Origin: Octopus bimaculoides
Taxonomy: Eukaryota
Length of the DNA: 48,514 bases
Assembly: GCF_001194135.2 (NCBI RefSeq)
Contig: NC_068985.1
Span: forward strand, 13,505,222-13,553,735
Reading direction: 5' to 3'
Shown: one piece after another, positions 1-11,536 of the stretch
How positions within the stretch are numbered: position 1 is the first letter of the stretch
How the letters are laid out: each line of letters begins with the position of its first letter
Position numbers and translations under genes: made by a program
Notes under the pieces: generated by a model
Seen by the model: the letters and a program-made list of their open reading frames with translations, nothing else
What the model was told of the DNA's origin: nothing
Databases searched by the model: none

Positions 1-538
1 ATCCCCGTGTGTGAGTTGAACAAAGAATACGGCCAACACTTTTTCGCATTCTCGCCTTTTCCTATTTTTCGCTAATATTTGTTATTTGTATTCTATGTCG
101 TCTTTCTGCTTCTCTTTCTATCACTTCTATCAACTATATACATGTGTACGTGACTCTTGGCAATTGTTGTCACTTAAAGGTAATTAGAATCGTATCAGAG
201 AGTATTTACCGGAGTGCAGTAAGTCCCCGTTCAGTTTCGGTGTTAGGAACTACCACGTTCTTGTGAAACTTAATTACTCAACCACAATGAAATTCGACAG
301 AACACCAAGCAAGTAATTCCGACTGCCTAAGCACTCTTTAATCCCAATGTGTAATAGAATCCAATTTCGTAAATCATCTTTAATTCATGTCGATAATGAA
401 ACAAAACATGCAGAGCATCTATATTGCAGGGGATGTCTGTGTTATTGACACTCAACGAATCTGTCATTCTGTCAGCGTATGCGTGTGTGCACATGTGAGT
501 CTATGTTTATAAGTATATGTATGTGTGTGTCTTTGTGT

Positions 539-600
<62 letters not shown>

Positions 601-877
601 NNNNNNNNNNNNNNNNNNNNNNNNNNNNNNNNNNNNNNNNNNNNNNNNNNNNNNNNNNNNNNNNNNNNNNNNNNNNNNNNNNNNNNNNNNNNNNNNNNNN
701 NNNNNNNNNNNNNNNNNNNNNNNNNNNNNNNNNNNNNNNNNNNNNNNNNNNNNNNNNNNNNNNNNNNNNNNNNNNNNNNNNNNNNNNNNNNNNNNNNNNN
801 NNNNNNNNNNNNNNNNNNNNNNNNNNNNNNNNNNNNATATATATATATATAATGTATGTATATATAATGTATGTATG

Positions 878-914
<37 letters not shown>

Positions 915-1445
915 TTTATACAGAGAGGTGAAAAAAATAAAGACCATTCAACACATGTCGTAGAGCTAATATAAATATACAGTTTGACACATAGAAGCAT
1001 TGCTTGATGTACAAATACTAGAAATGCGCCTGATTTTTTCGGCCTAATTATTTCTGAGTAGTCAGCTATTAACGACTAGTGACTGAAAATCAGCCAACGA
1101 AGTGGCCTGTGGATGATAGTAAAGAACAAAATTTCAGTTTTCTTCTAAAAGAAAATAACACTCCGTGTTGGTATGTGCAATTTCTGTCCATGACGAATGC
1201 GACAGATGAGTAACCAAAATGAATATGGTGAGATCCTGTCGAGAATGATCCGGTTATACTTGGGTAAGAGATTTACCTGAACCTAGAGACTCTTCACAAA
1301 ACGGCACAGGTGGCGCGCGGATTTTCCTGTTACTTGACCGGAAATAGTTCATCAGCTGAGTAAGTACTTATTACACGTCAGTGTCTATTAGTTCCGTGTA
1401 ATTCTTTGCGATACCATCATGTGGAGTGGAAATATTATCTTCGTG

Positions 1446-1478
<33 letters not shown>

Positions 1479-1481
1479 CAT

Positions 1482-1590
1482 CTGCGATGGACTGCTGTCC
1501 CGTCCAGGTGGGGAACACATACGCCATTGAAACCAGGAAACCGGGCCCATGAGCCTTGCTAAGCTTTAAAAGGGCGCATTTATTTTTTAT
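1482..1590 (+). mobile_element. 3' tail fragment of tRNA-derived SINE family C
   Basis: Nearly identical to the 3' half of the full copy at 24874-25136 (GCGATGGACTG...CACATACGCCATTGAAAC...GGGCCCATGAGCC...AAAAGGGCGCATTTATTTT); the head is replaced by (TA)n. Confidence 0.8.
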
Positions 1591-2224
1591 TGTTATTATA
1601 TATATATTACTTTAGCTCATAGCATTTCTTGATGAGAGAACAAAATTAATATTTTGCTTTGTTGTCACCAACGCGGTAGATGTAAGTACTTAGCCATTAA
1701 TTGTAGGTGACTGTAAGCCAATTGTTATTAAGTTATAAGTAATTGTAACCCATAAGCTATTAATTTGTTCGTAGACATTACTGACAGTTTCGACTTCACT
1801 AGTATTTCTAAGTCCACAGATATTTCATTAATATTTCTAAACAAAGCGAGAAATTATTCCTACTCATCGCACTATATTTACATCTTATTTATATAGCACT
1901 ATATTTACATCTCATTCAGTAATAATTACCAACCATCGAGTTATTAATTCAGCTGTGTGCTCCTTATTGGCCTAGTGAGTACGAGCCTCAAACATTAACC
2001 AATAGGAGGCACTGCTATCTAGAACCTGTGACGAACTTGACGTAAGCGTCCGAACGATTTGGTGTATTTCTATCGTATGTGAAACTTCAGGTGATGTATA
2101 TCAACTTGCTATTACAAATTTGAAATATTCATAATTTCACACACAAAACAATATATGCACAACACACACTCACACATACATCTATAGGTACATATATATA
2201 CTTATATACACATACATCCACATC

Positions 2225-2330
<106 letters not shown>

Positions 2331-2886
2331 TATAGTCCGCGTTGTACCACATATTGTCTTTATTTTATACACAAGTGCAAGCGACATTAATGCGAATATT
2401 ATCTTTTACATGTAAAATACAACCTCCAGATGTATTTTTAGTGCTTTGCATATAGCTTAAATATATATTTGATTATTTGTGCGGGAGGGGGGGAATTAAA
2501 AGTTAGATGCTTAATTATTTTCAAATAGTGAATGTTCATTTATGTTCAAAACAAACAAAAATTACAAGAAACGGAAAATTACCCCAATTCAGACAGCAAA
2601 TATACAATTTTGTATTTTCCATCAAATTAATATAAATCCCTACAAATTAAATGTTTCTTTGCGCAGTTTAAGCTGTTACGAAATGATTTCAAGAGACCAA
2701 AACTCACTTAAGTTGGAAACGATTTGTACAAAAACGTTCTCGCGCTACAACACCAAAATCAGGCTCGAAAACTTAAGTTCTTCACAGGCCTACTGATATT
2801 ATCTCAGCTGGGTACCGTTATAAATACACGAAGAGTTTTTGAAAATATCTTATTCGGTTACAAGGAGAGATTTAGAACTTGAATTA

Positions 2887-3335
2887 AAGGCGGCAAGCTG
2901 GCGGAGTCGATAGTACGCCAGGCGAAATGCTTATTCCTCTGGTGTTTCGTCTGTCTTCATCTGAGTTCAAGTTCCCCCGAGGTTGACTTTATCTTTCATC
3001 CTTTCGGCGTTGATAAAATAAGTAGCAGCTATGCACTAGGGTTGATGTAATCCACTCATCCCCTCCCAAGGATTGCTGCCCTTGTGGCAAATTTTGAAAC
3101 CATTATTATTATTATTAAAATGGCGGCGAGTTGGCAGAAGCGTTAGCACGCCGGGAGAAATGTTTAGCGATATTTCGTCTGCCTTTACGTTCGGCGTTCA
3201 AATTCCGCTGAGGTCGACTTTGCCTTTCATCTTTTCAGGATCGAGAAATTAAGTACCAGTTGAGTGCTAGGGCCGATCTAATCGACTGACCCCTTCCCCA
3301 AAAATTTCGGGCCTCGTGCCAAGAGTAGAAAAAGG
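2887..3335 (+). mobile_element. Two head-to-tail copies of tRNA-derived SINE family A
   Basis: Both copies start with (AA)GGCGGC(A/G)AGYTGGC, carry a B-box-like GTTCAA and a central GACTTTGCCTTTCATC...GATAAA-TAAGTACCAG segment, and end in CCTTGTG.... The first copy ends in (ATT)n, where the second begins (~3120). Confidence 0.88.
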
Positions 3336-3808
3336 AGAGTTTTAGAACATGGAATTTTTTTAAAGGCTTCAGAGCAAATAAGATTTCAACAGGCGAATAT
3401 TCGTGTCAGTTCGTTAGTAATTTCGTCGAAATTATCTGGTCTGATGAAAATAACTACAAGGGCTTTATGTATTTTCGGTATTTGCTTGATAAAATAATTT
3501 GCATTTGAGAAAATTGATTCTGCAAGAATAACTGTTGCATGAAGGACAAATAGTGAAGAAGGCGTTAACATATTTAATTTAGTGATCCAAGGAATTAAAA
3601 TTAATTAAATTTAAAACCGTAGGGATACGAAGACTCGTTATTTTAATCGCTATCTCTAATCAAGAAAAACACTAGACACAGACCCAGCATTGCAGGAAGT
3701 TAGTGTTATTTAAAAGTAGAATGCAGTGGAGACTGTGTCTAATCTTCGGCATGTCTTTCTATCTTTTGAGACCTCATCAGTGTCTCTGTGTGTATGTGTG
3801 TGCTAGTG

Positions 3809-3818
<10 letters not shown>

Positions 3819-3881
<63 letters not shown>
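3819..3881. repeat. (GT)n microsatellite running into an assembly gap
   Basis: Directly visible; N-gap at 3882-4304. Confidence 0.97.
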
Positions 3882-4514
3882 NNNNNNNNNNNNNNNNNNN
3901 NNNNNNNNNNNNNNNNNNNNNNNNNNNNNNNNNNNNNNNNNNNNNNNNNNNNNNNNNNNNNNNNNNNNNNNNNNNNNNNNNNNNNNNNNNNNNNNNNNNN
4001 NNNNNNNNNNNNNNNNNNNNNNNNNNNNNNNNNNNNNNNNNNNNNNNNNNNNNNNNNNNNNNNNNNNNNNNNNNNNNNNNNNNNNNNNNNNNNNNNNNNN
4101 NNNNNNNNNNNNNNNNNNNNNNNNNNNNNNNNNNNNNNNNNNNNNNNNNNNNNNNNNNNNNNNNNNNNNNNNNNNNNNNNNNNNNNNNNNNNNNNNNNNN
4201 NNNNNNNNNNNNNNNNNNNNNNNNNNNNNNNNNNNNNNNNNNNNNNNNNNNNNNNNNNNNNNNNNNNNNNNNNNNNNNNNNNNNNNNNNNNNNNNNNNNN
4301 NNNNTATATATATATATATATATATATATTGAACTTTACTATCTTACTTCTTACTCACTCCCTCTCTCTCTCCCTTTCTCTCTCTCTCTCTCTCTCACCT
4401 TTTCTCTCTCTCCCACTCCCTTTCTATCTTTCTACCACTCTCTCTCTTTCTTTCTCTCTCTGTCTCTCTCTCTATCTCACTCACCCTATGCTTTTACGCG
4501 TGTGAGAGAATATC

Positions 4515-4706
4515 TATGTGACACCCGGAATGTGACGAAGGCTGGCCCTTTTCAATTACAGGTACTACTCATTTTTGCCAGCTGAGTGGACTGGAGCAAC
4601 GTGAAATAAAGTGTCTTGCTCAAGGACACAACGTGTCGCTGGGAATCGAACGCTCGACGATACGACCGAGAGCAGAATACCCCTAAGCACTTAGCCACGC
4701 GTCTTC
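4515..4706 (-). mobile_element. SINE family C copy (tRNA head plus central domain, truncated tail)
   Basis: The reverse complement matches 24874-25020 and 45225-45400 (GCGTGGCTAAGTG...TTCGATTCCC...CCTTGAGCAAGACACTTTATTTCACGTTGCTCCAGTCCACTCAGCTGGCAAAAATGAGTA). Confidence 0.85.
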
Positions 4707-5001
4707 AAACATGCACACAAGGCATGCGCACACATACACGCACACAAACAAACACATACCCACATATATATTTTTTTACTCTGTGTGTATATGTCTTTAA
4801 GTACAGTATATGAAACTATGCGTAATATGAGTGAATATATAATTATGTGCTTATATATGGGTGTATTTGCACATCATATGTGTATGGGTGTATACATACA
4901 AATATTCATCTATATATATATATGTGTGTCTGTGTATGTGTGTGCGTGTGTGTATTTATATATATATTTGTATGTATGTATGTATGTATGTATGTATATA
5001 T

Positions 5002-5200
5002 ATTTTTCTACTTTAGGCACAAGGACCGAAATTTTGGTGGAGGGGGCCAATCGATTAGATCGACACCAGTACGCAAGTGGTACTTAATTTATCGACCCCG
5101 AAAAGGCTAAGTCGACCACAGCGGAATTTGAACTCAGAACGAAAAGACAGACGAAATATCGCTAGCCATATCGCCCGGCCTGCTAACGTGTCTGCCAGCT
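5002..5200 (-). mobile_element. SINE family A copy
   Basis: The reverse complement aligns with 7237-7456, with a small internal deletion. Confidence 0.85.
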
Positions 5201-5815
5201 GTGTATGTGCGTGCGTGTGTGTGTCACTGTGTGTGTGCCTGTCACCGTGTGTGTGTGTTTGTGTGTCACTGTGTTTGTGCGTGGCACTGTGTGCGTGCCG
5301 TAATGAGTTAGGCCAATTAAAATATCATTAGCATCTTCAGATTTCTGTAGAGATTCAGGATGCTAATTGCTTTTTTCCGCTTCTATTCACGCTGGAAACT
5401 GGAAGACTTTGGAAATATAATCCTTATTTCGTTAAAATATCTCTAGGATTCTGTTTCCGATAAATTTCCTCTTAAAATTTACATTCCGTAAGGTGGCAAT
5501 CTTGCAGAGTATTAAATATTCGATACAATTCCAAACCTTTAACAAGTAGAATTTTTTTCTCCTTTTTCTTTTTGTCATTTTGTCAAATACTTTTAAGCAG
5601 TGCACAATCTAATTTTGCGGCATTTAATCGTGATCTTTTGCTCTTTGAGGTCAAATCCGATGCGGTCAGGTTTTTCTTTTCATTATTGCAGGGGGCGTTA
5701 AAATGAAATACTAAGCAAATACTGAGTTGATTAAATCGATTCGGCCCCTACACTAACGTGATAAAATAGTGACATTCCGATCATATAAAACTTTATAGTA
5801 ATAGTTTTATCATTT

Positions 5816-5956
5816 AGGCGGTGAGCTGGCAAATTTTTAGCATGCTTAGCGGTATTTCGCTTAGCGGTACTTCGCTTAGCAGTACTTCGCTTAGCAGTAC
5901 TTCGCTTAGCGGTATTTCGCTTAGCAGTACTTCGACCGTCCTTACGTTTTGAGTTC
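5816..5956 (+). mobile_element. SINE family A head containing a 6 x 15-bp tandem array
   Basis: Starts GGCGGTGAGCTGGC; the unit GCTTAGCRGTAYTTC occurs 6 times at 5844-5933, followed by CTTACGTTTTGAGTTCAAA. Confidence 0.85.
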
Positions 5957-6570
5957 AAAACCGTTCTACATGCACTAATGCAGTGTCCGTTCATTGCTGA
6001 CTTGTGGAGCTTCGTTGAACAGCTATTGTCACGTGTAAGACGGATCCGGCTATCGTCCGAGTCCATCGTGAAGATTGCCCCGCCTCCTTCCTTTTGTCCG
6101 AATAGGAAAGGCAGTTTTTCTCTGTCTGACGGCTATGACGAAAGAGGTTGTATGGTGAACGTGAGTGAAAGGTTGAAGACGGATACCTTCCTTTTTGATC
6201 AAAGCCACATTGACTTTTTCAGGTTCCACCTGAAAAGAAAGGTGAGACTGGAGAGGGAGGTACTGCCAACCAGTAAGTTTGTTGAAAGGTGGGTGAATGT
6301 AGCAAGGATAGCCCGTTTGAATGGACCTACTCTAAGTGTGCGCCTGTGAGCCGGATGGAGTGAGGAGGAGAGGGGTGCCTACCTGAGGTACCTTGGTGTT
6401 AGGGTCCCAAAGTGAATGAGGTTACATTGGTCACTTCTCGGGGGATCTCCCCACTATTGGGGAATTATATGTTGTTATGTTTTGCTGTTTACACGTTTAA
6501 CCACAATGTCCCTCGTCTGTGTATCGTTCTCTATGTTTTGTGTTCAGCACTGGTGGTCAATAAACAAAGA

Positions 6571-6572
<2 letters not shown>
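5957..6572 (+). mobile_element. 5'-truncated Tx1/L1-clade non-LTR retrotransposon (ORF2 C-terminus plus 3' UTR)
   Basis: Translation (K/E)TVLHALMQCP is the second half of the L1/Tx1 C-terminal CCHC knuckle. It is followed by ...DFFRFHLKRKVRLEREVLPTSKFVERWVNVAR...*, a 3' UTR, AATAAA and an (ATT)n tail. Homologous to 27500-27970. Confidence 0.75.
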
Positions 6573-6611
<39 letters not shown>

Positions 6612-6638
6612 CATCATCATTATTATTATTGTCATTAT

Positions 6639-6856
6639 GGCGGTGAGCTGGCAGAATAGTTAGCACGCTAGATGAAATGCTTAGCGTTTTTCGCCCGTCG
6701 TTACGTTCTGATTTCAAATTCTGCCGAGGTTTTCTTTGCCTTTCATCTTTTCAGGGGTCGATAAATTAAGTACCAGTGACACACTGGGGTCGATGTAATC
6801 AACTTATCGCCCTGCCCCAAATTTCAGGCCTTGTGACTTTAGTAAAAAGGATTATT
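6639..6856 (+). mobile_element. SINE family A copy
   Basis: Full head-to-tail match to family A; begins just after the (ATT)n/(ATC)n tract at 6571-6630. Confidence 0.88.
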
Positions 6857-7236
6857 GATACTATTAATGTGCCAATTTGTTTCTTGTAAGTACCTGTGTC
6901 ATGATTAAGAGAAAGAAATTCCAAAATTTTAAACCAGATCTTTTGTAATTTCTGGAAGAGATTTGAAACCACCACCTATATTACAACTTCTCATCGCCCA
7001 TGCCTGCTGGGCCACCGAATCACTAACGTCATTAATGAGAAAATTAAGGTACTTAAATGTGATGGGTGTGTTGAGCACGGGCGAGAGGAAGTAAGAGGGA
7101 AAGTGTGTAGACAGTTAGAACAATACCATAGGGGTTCAGGTGCTCTGTTCGGTGCTCAAACGATTCTGCCAATTCGCCACTGCTTGGGTTGACTATCAGA
7201 GTCTAGTACGCATCTGTGTAATATAAATTATTTTCA

Positions 7237-7590
7237 AAGGCGGTGAGCTGGCAGAAACGTTAGCACGCCGGGCGAAATGTTTAGCGGTATTTCGTCTCTC
7301 TTTACGTTCTGAGTTCAAATTCCGCCGAGGTCGACTTTGCCTTTCATCCTTTCAGGGTCGATAAATTAAGTACCAGTTGCGTACTGGGGTCGATCTAATC
7401 GACTGGCCCCTTCCCTAAAAATTTCGGGCCTTGTGCCGAGAGTAGAAAAGAATTGTTAACACACCGGGCAAATTGCTTAGCACCTTTTCTTCCGGCTTTA
7501 CGTTGACTTTGCCTTTCAGGGTCTATGAAATAAGTGCCAGTTGATTTATATAATCCACTAGTCCCCTTCTTTCAAAATATCAGGCCTACA
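7237..7590 (+). mobile_element. SINE family A, well-preserved copy (7237-7456) followed by a degenerate copy
   Basis: AAGGCGGTGAGCTGGCAGAAACGTTAGCACGCCGGGCGAAATG...GAGTTCAAATTCCGCCGAGGTCGACTTTGCCTTTCATCC...CCTTGTGCCGAGAGTAGAAAAGAATT. The central segment resembles conserved SINE central domains (Meta-type, from memory). Confidence 0.9.
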
Positions 7591-9149
7591 TTAAAAACAA
7601 TAGTTACAAGATTTATATTCGATGTTAACAGACTTTCGAACCTGCTATGTAAGTAGTCACCGTTTCATTTGCTGTCTATAACTTTAGCGATCTTCAATCT
7701 AAAATTGATCATATTCACCAGAATGCATATATACGTTACATTTATGCTTTCATACAGCTTAATAATTTCTCCTGTAGGCTGAAACAGATAATAATCGTTC
7801 TGTGACATGTTTATAATTCGGCGAGTGATTATCACTATTTTAATCATAAATTTAAACCTACAATTTATACACGCTATTTTACGTCAGATTTAAATGAGCT
7901 ATTAACAGCTAATTCACGAATCTGCTATGTGATAATCGACCTACGCATAGCAAAGAGATAAAAAATGGTAACTCAATGTATTTAATGACTTACACCTAAG
8001 AATTTATAACCAACAAATATAGGAGTGGAATAAATTGATTTTTTAAATAAAATTCACATAATCTCCTCCCACCTAAACTTTACATCGAAATAAAGTATAA
8101 TAAATTTAACGTTCCCCTGATTAAATTCACTCGATCGTTTTAATACAGATATCTGACTTTATTTTTATGCAACCACAGACGTAGACACACACACACATGC
8201 ACTAACAGACCAGTCACAAATCTTTAGTTGCCATGTAATAACAGACATGAATCACGATTGTTATGATTGCCATTAACTGAACATTGTACGCACACAAACA
8301 ATTTTAACAACTTTATTGTTGCTTTTCATTCGTACACAGAACCATCTCACTTTGAATTCACCCTTTGCTTCACTTTTAAGTTTTCCTATCTTTTTTTCCA
8401 TAGAACTACACTTATAGTCGCATCCATCAACACCTAGACAGCTCCTCCTACATATAAATCAGTCTAATATAGGCACAAGGCCAGCAATTTTAAAACGTGG
8501 GGACAAGGAGGGAGCAAGTCGCCCCCGGTTCTCGACTGGTATTTATTTTATTTTTGCTGTTGTCTAGATTTTTACCTCTTTTTATTTTTATCTCTTCTTT
8601 CTTTACTTACAACCTTTTCTATCAACACAATACATTGAAACCCGTTTTTAGTTTGTCTTTCTTTCACCGTCTTTATTTCAGGTATAATATTTGGGATCTT
8701 TACCCTTTGAACGACACATCGAGAAATTAATTTTTTGTAACTAAGCACATTCAAACTTCGGACATCCAATATTTGTCCTTCCAAGACCTCTATCGACCTG
8801 TTTTCAACATGACTCTCAAATAGCTATTTCCACCATTTTTACCAATTTTTTTTTTTTTTTTCTGTTTTGGCTTTTAACGCAAGAACATCAACAGCCATAG
8901 ACGCCACGCAGAACATGAAGGCATTTACATATCTCAATAGTTTATCCGGTCATTTTGCTGCTTTACTGAGTTTTCCAATTTCGATTTCTCTCGATTTCTC
9001 GTTCTAATTTGTGTTTCATTTAAACTTTAGTCATCTTCTCGGTAATATACATTCTCTTCAAGAAGTAAAACTTGATTTCACTCTCCTTGCTATTTTTTTC
9101 TGATGAGTCATTGATCTTTATTATTATCATTATTATTATTGTTGTTATT

Positions 9150-9325
9150 GCATTTTGCCCGCCGCTATGGTCTGAGTTCAAATTCTGGTGGGGTCGGCTT
9201 TGCCTTTCATCCTTTTGAGACCGATGAATTAAGTACCAGTGAAACACTGGGATCGATGTAATCGACTACTCTCCTCCCCACAAATATGATACCTTGTACC
9301 GCCAGTAGAAAAAATTATTATTATT
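9150..9325 (+). mobile_element. SINE family A copy (5'-degenerate)
   Basis: GAGTTCAAATTC...CTTTGCCTTTCATCC...AAGTACCAG...CCTTGTACC...GTAGAAAAAATTATT. Confidence 0.8.
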
Positions 9326-9676
9326 ATTACCTCCGCCTTCGCTAAGGCGTGTTTGTTTGTCCGTGGACAAGATATCTCAAGAACCGCTGGATGGATTCGG
9401 ATGGAACTTTCAAGGATGTTTAGCCTCGTGACTGGCAAGGACTCATGAAACTATGCACTCGATTCGATCCCAGACAAGGATTTTGGATTACTTTTCCTGT
9501 TTTGGGGGGGTTTTTTACTTAATTTTCGAGAGGGGTCGGGTTCATTTTTTATATTTTCGTTTGTAAGAGCAGTCTAGTTTATTCCAGATATTATCATTTT
9601 TTAAATCATCTCTGGCTAATCGTTCAGAGGAGGTTGATGTTGCCTTGGCGGAGGTTTGAGCTCTCTGAGTGCTTGT
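9326..9676 (+). mobile_element. Non-autonomous Helentron/DINE-1-like element (HINE)
   Basis: Subterminal inverted repeats CCTCCGCC (9330-9337) and GGCGGAGG (9647-9654), an internal (GTTT)/(GTCC) tract followed by ...ACCGCTGGATGGATTCGGATGGAACTTT, a short 3' stem, and insertion within a TTA-rich target. Confidence 0.6.
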
Positions 9677-9678
9677 GA

Positions 9679-9757
<79 letters not shown>
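9679..9757. repeat. (ATT)n microsatellite
   Basis: Directly visible. Confidence 0.97.
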
Positions 9758-9758
<1 letters not shown>

Positions 9759-9811
9759 GAAAAGAATAAAAAGTTTTGAATGGTACAACAATGCACTATA
9801 ATACAAAAAAT

Positions 9812-10000
9812 GGACTATATACCTGTTGTAATTTGGTTATCTATAGTCCGATGATATTTCGGAATACAATTCCTTCTTCAGATATTCTTTGATGGAAAAC
9901 CGTTTATTGCAGCGACTCCATCTAAGAATATCTGAAGAAGGAATTATATTCCGAAATATCATAGGACTATGGATAACTAAATTACAACAGGTATATAGCC
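9812..10000. repeat. Long inverted repeat (~75-bp arms, 4 mismatches), Penelope pseudo-LTR-like, each arm carrying a hammerhead motif
   Basis: The reverse complement of 9815-9889 matches 9924-9998; the spacer adds a GATGGA/TCCATC pair. Confidence 0.85.
9929..9963 (+). ncRNA. Minimal type-I hammerhead ribozyme motif (mirror copy on - strand at ~9851-9884)
   Basis: TAT-CTGAAGA-A-GGAAT[TAT]ATTCC-GAA-ATAT-C^ATA. Both core boxes are intact, stem II is 5 bp, stem III is palindromic and the triplet is AUC. Stem I is only 2-3 bp. Confidence 0.6.
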
Positions 10001-10054
10001 TCTACGTTTTGGTTCATATGCATTTTTATCATGTCCAATGTTCCAATTATGTTT

Positions 10055-10111
10055 TTACCTTCATGCTCCACATTTTGAATACGTTACCTTCATGCCCCAC
10101 ATTTTGAATAC
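10055..10111 (+). repeat. Tandem duplication, 29-bp period x2
   Basis: TTACCTTCATGC(T/C)CCACATTTTGAATAC occurs twice. Confidence 0.9.
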
Positions 10112-10126
10112 AAAATTATTATTATT

Positions 10127-10504
10127 TATTGTCTTTGCACAGCCTCTAACGCTGAAGATGTACTATGGTGTCAGCTGTTCACTACCAGTGAACTAAGGTA
10201 ACACCCATATTTTTCGAGCACCATCCTGAGTATTCGAGCGGTTCCAAACAGTACTGTTTTCTGCAAGTGATCCACTCTTACTGCAGCCCCAATTTGTTCC
10301 ATGTACTTCTCAAAATTTTTACTCATTGTTCCCAGGACTCAGACAATTATTGGTACTACTACTACCTTTTTCAGCGATCGCAACTGCTTAACCTCCCAAG
10401 CTACCCTGTTATATCGATCGACTTTTCTTTCTTCCCTATCGCATACCTTGTTGTCAGCTGGGCATGCTATGTCTATGATCCAGCATCGTTTGCTTTCTCT
10501 CTCA
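10127..10504 (-). mobile_element. R4/Dong-like non-LTR retrotransposon 3' fragment (RLE domain)
   Basis: Minus-strand translation SKRCWIIDIACPADNKVCDREERKVDRY...VVVVPIIV*VLGT...LQKTVLFGTARILRMVL matches the PD-(D/E)xK endonuclease C-terminus of R2/R4-superfamily elements. Flanked by (TAA)n on both sides. Confidence 0.8.
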
Positions 10505-10543
<39 letters not shown>

Positions 10544-11006
10544 ACAGCAATTGTTCCAACCTATTCTTTACGTTATGGCAGCAAACTCACGCCAAGCTCA
10601 ACTTTGCAATTGGCCTTTCCAATCTCGCTCAAAGGAAGTATCAATCCAGTGCCCGAGTCAACCTAATGGAATCGACCACTCCCTTCAACTTTGTGGCTTT
10701 GTGCATGTGGAAGCAAATTTAATCATCATCGTCGTTGTCGTCATCGTCGTCGCAATCATCATTATAAAACATCACCATCATTATCATCATTATCAACCTC
10801 ACTGTCAATATTTAGCAGTGACACTTCTACAGTTTCGTTATTGCTGGCGTGGTATATTTATTTCATCATTTCGAAGTCTTCATAATGGCTAATATTTTGA
10901 CGAATTACTTGCTCTTTCTTTACTGCAGACCACAAATCAGTCATGATCAGTGACTAAAAGCAAATTCTAGTTTATCTACTAAATAAAGAAATATCAGTCT
11001 TTATAT

Positions 11007-11037
<31 letters not shown>

Positions 11038-11350
11038 NNNNNNNNNNNNNNNNNNNNNNNNNNNNNNNNNNNNNNNNNNNNNNNNNNNNNNNNNNNNNNN
11101 NNNNNNNNNNNNNNNNNNNNNNNNNNNNNNNNNNNNNNNNNNNNNNNNNNNNNNNNNNNNNNNNNNNNNNNNNNNNNNNNNNNNNNNNNNNNNNNNNNNN
11201 NNNNNNNNNNNNNNNNNNNNNNNNNNNNNNNNNNNNNNNNNNNNNNNNNNNNNNNNNNNNNNNNNNNNNNNNNNNNNNNNNNNNNNNNNNNNNNNNNNNN
11301 NNNNNNNNNNNNNNNNNNNNNNNNNNNNNNNNNNNNNNNNNNNNNNNNNN

Positions 11351-11408
<58 letters not shown>

Positions 11409-11503
11409 TAGATAGATAGATAGATACATAATAGTTACATAGATACATACACACATACATACATACATACATAGATGCATGCATACATACATACATACAT
11501 ACA

Positions 11504-11535
<32 letters not shown>
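11351..11535. repeat. Compound (TA)n(GA)n(GATA)n(CATA)n microsatellite
   Basis: Directly visible. Confidence 0.95.

Positions 11536-11536
<1 letters not shown>

Noticed and set aside
2542-2796. 84-aa ORF or possible terminal exon
   Set aside because: No recognisable homology, and its composition matches background.
3386-3571. 61-aa minus-strand ORF with a signal-peptide-like start (MLTPSSLFVLHATVILAES)
   Set aside because: It is short, has no recognisable domain and has no supporting splice partner.
5844-5933. CRISPR-like array
   Set aside because: The units are contiguous with no spacers, lie inside a SINE, and the context is eukaryotic with no cas genes.
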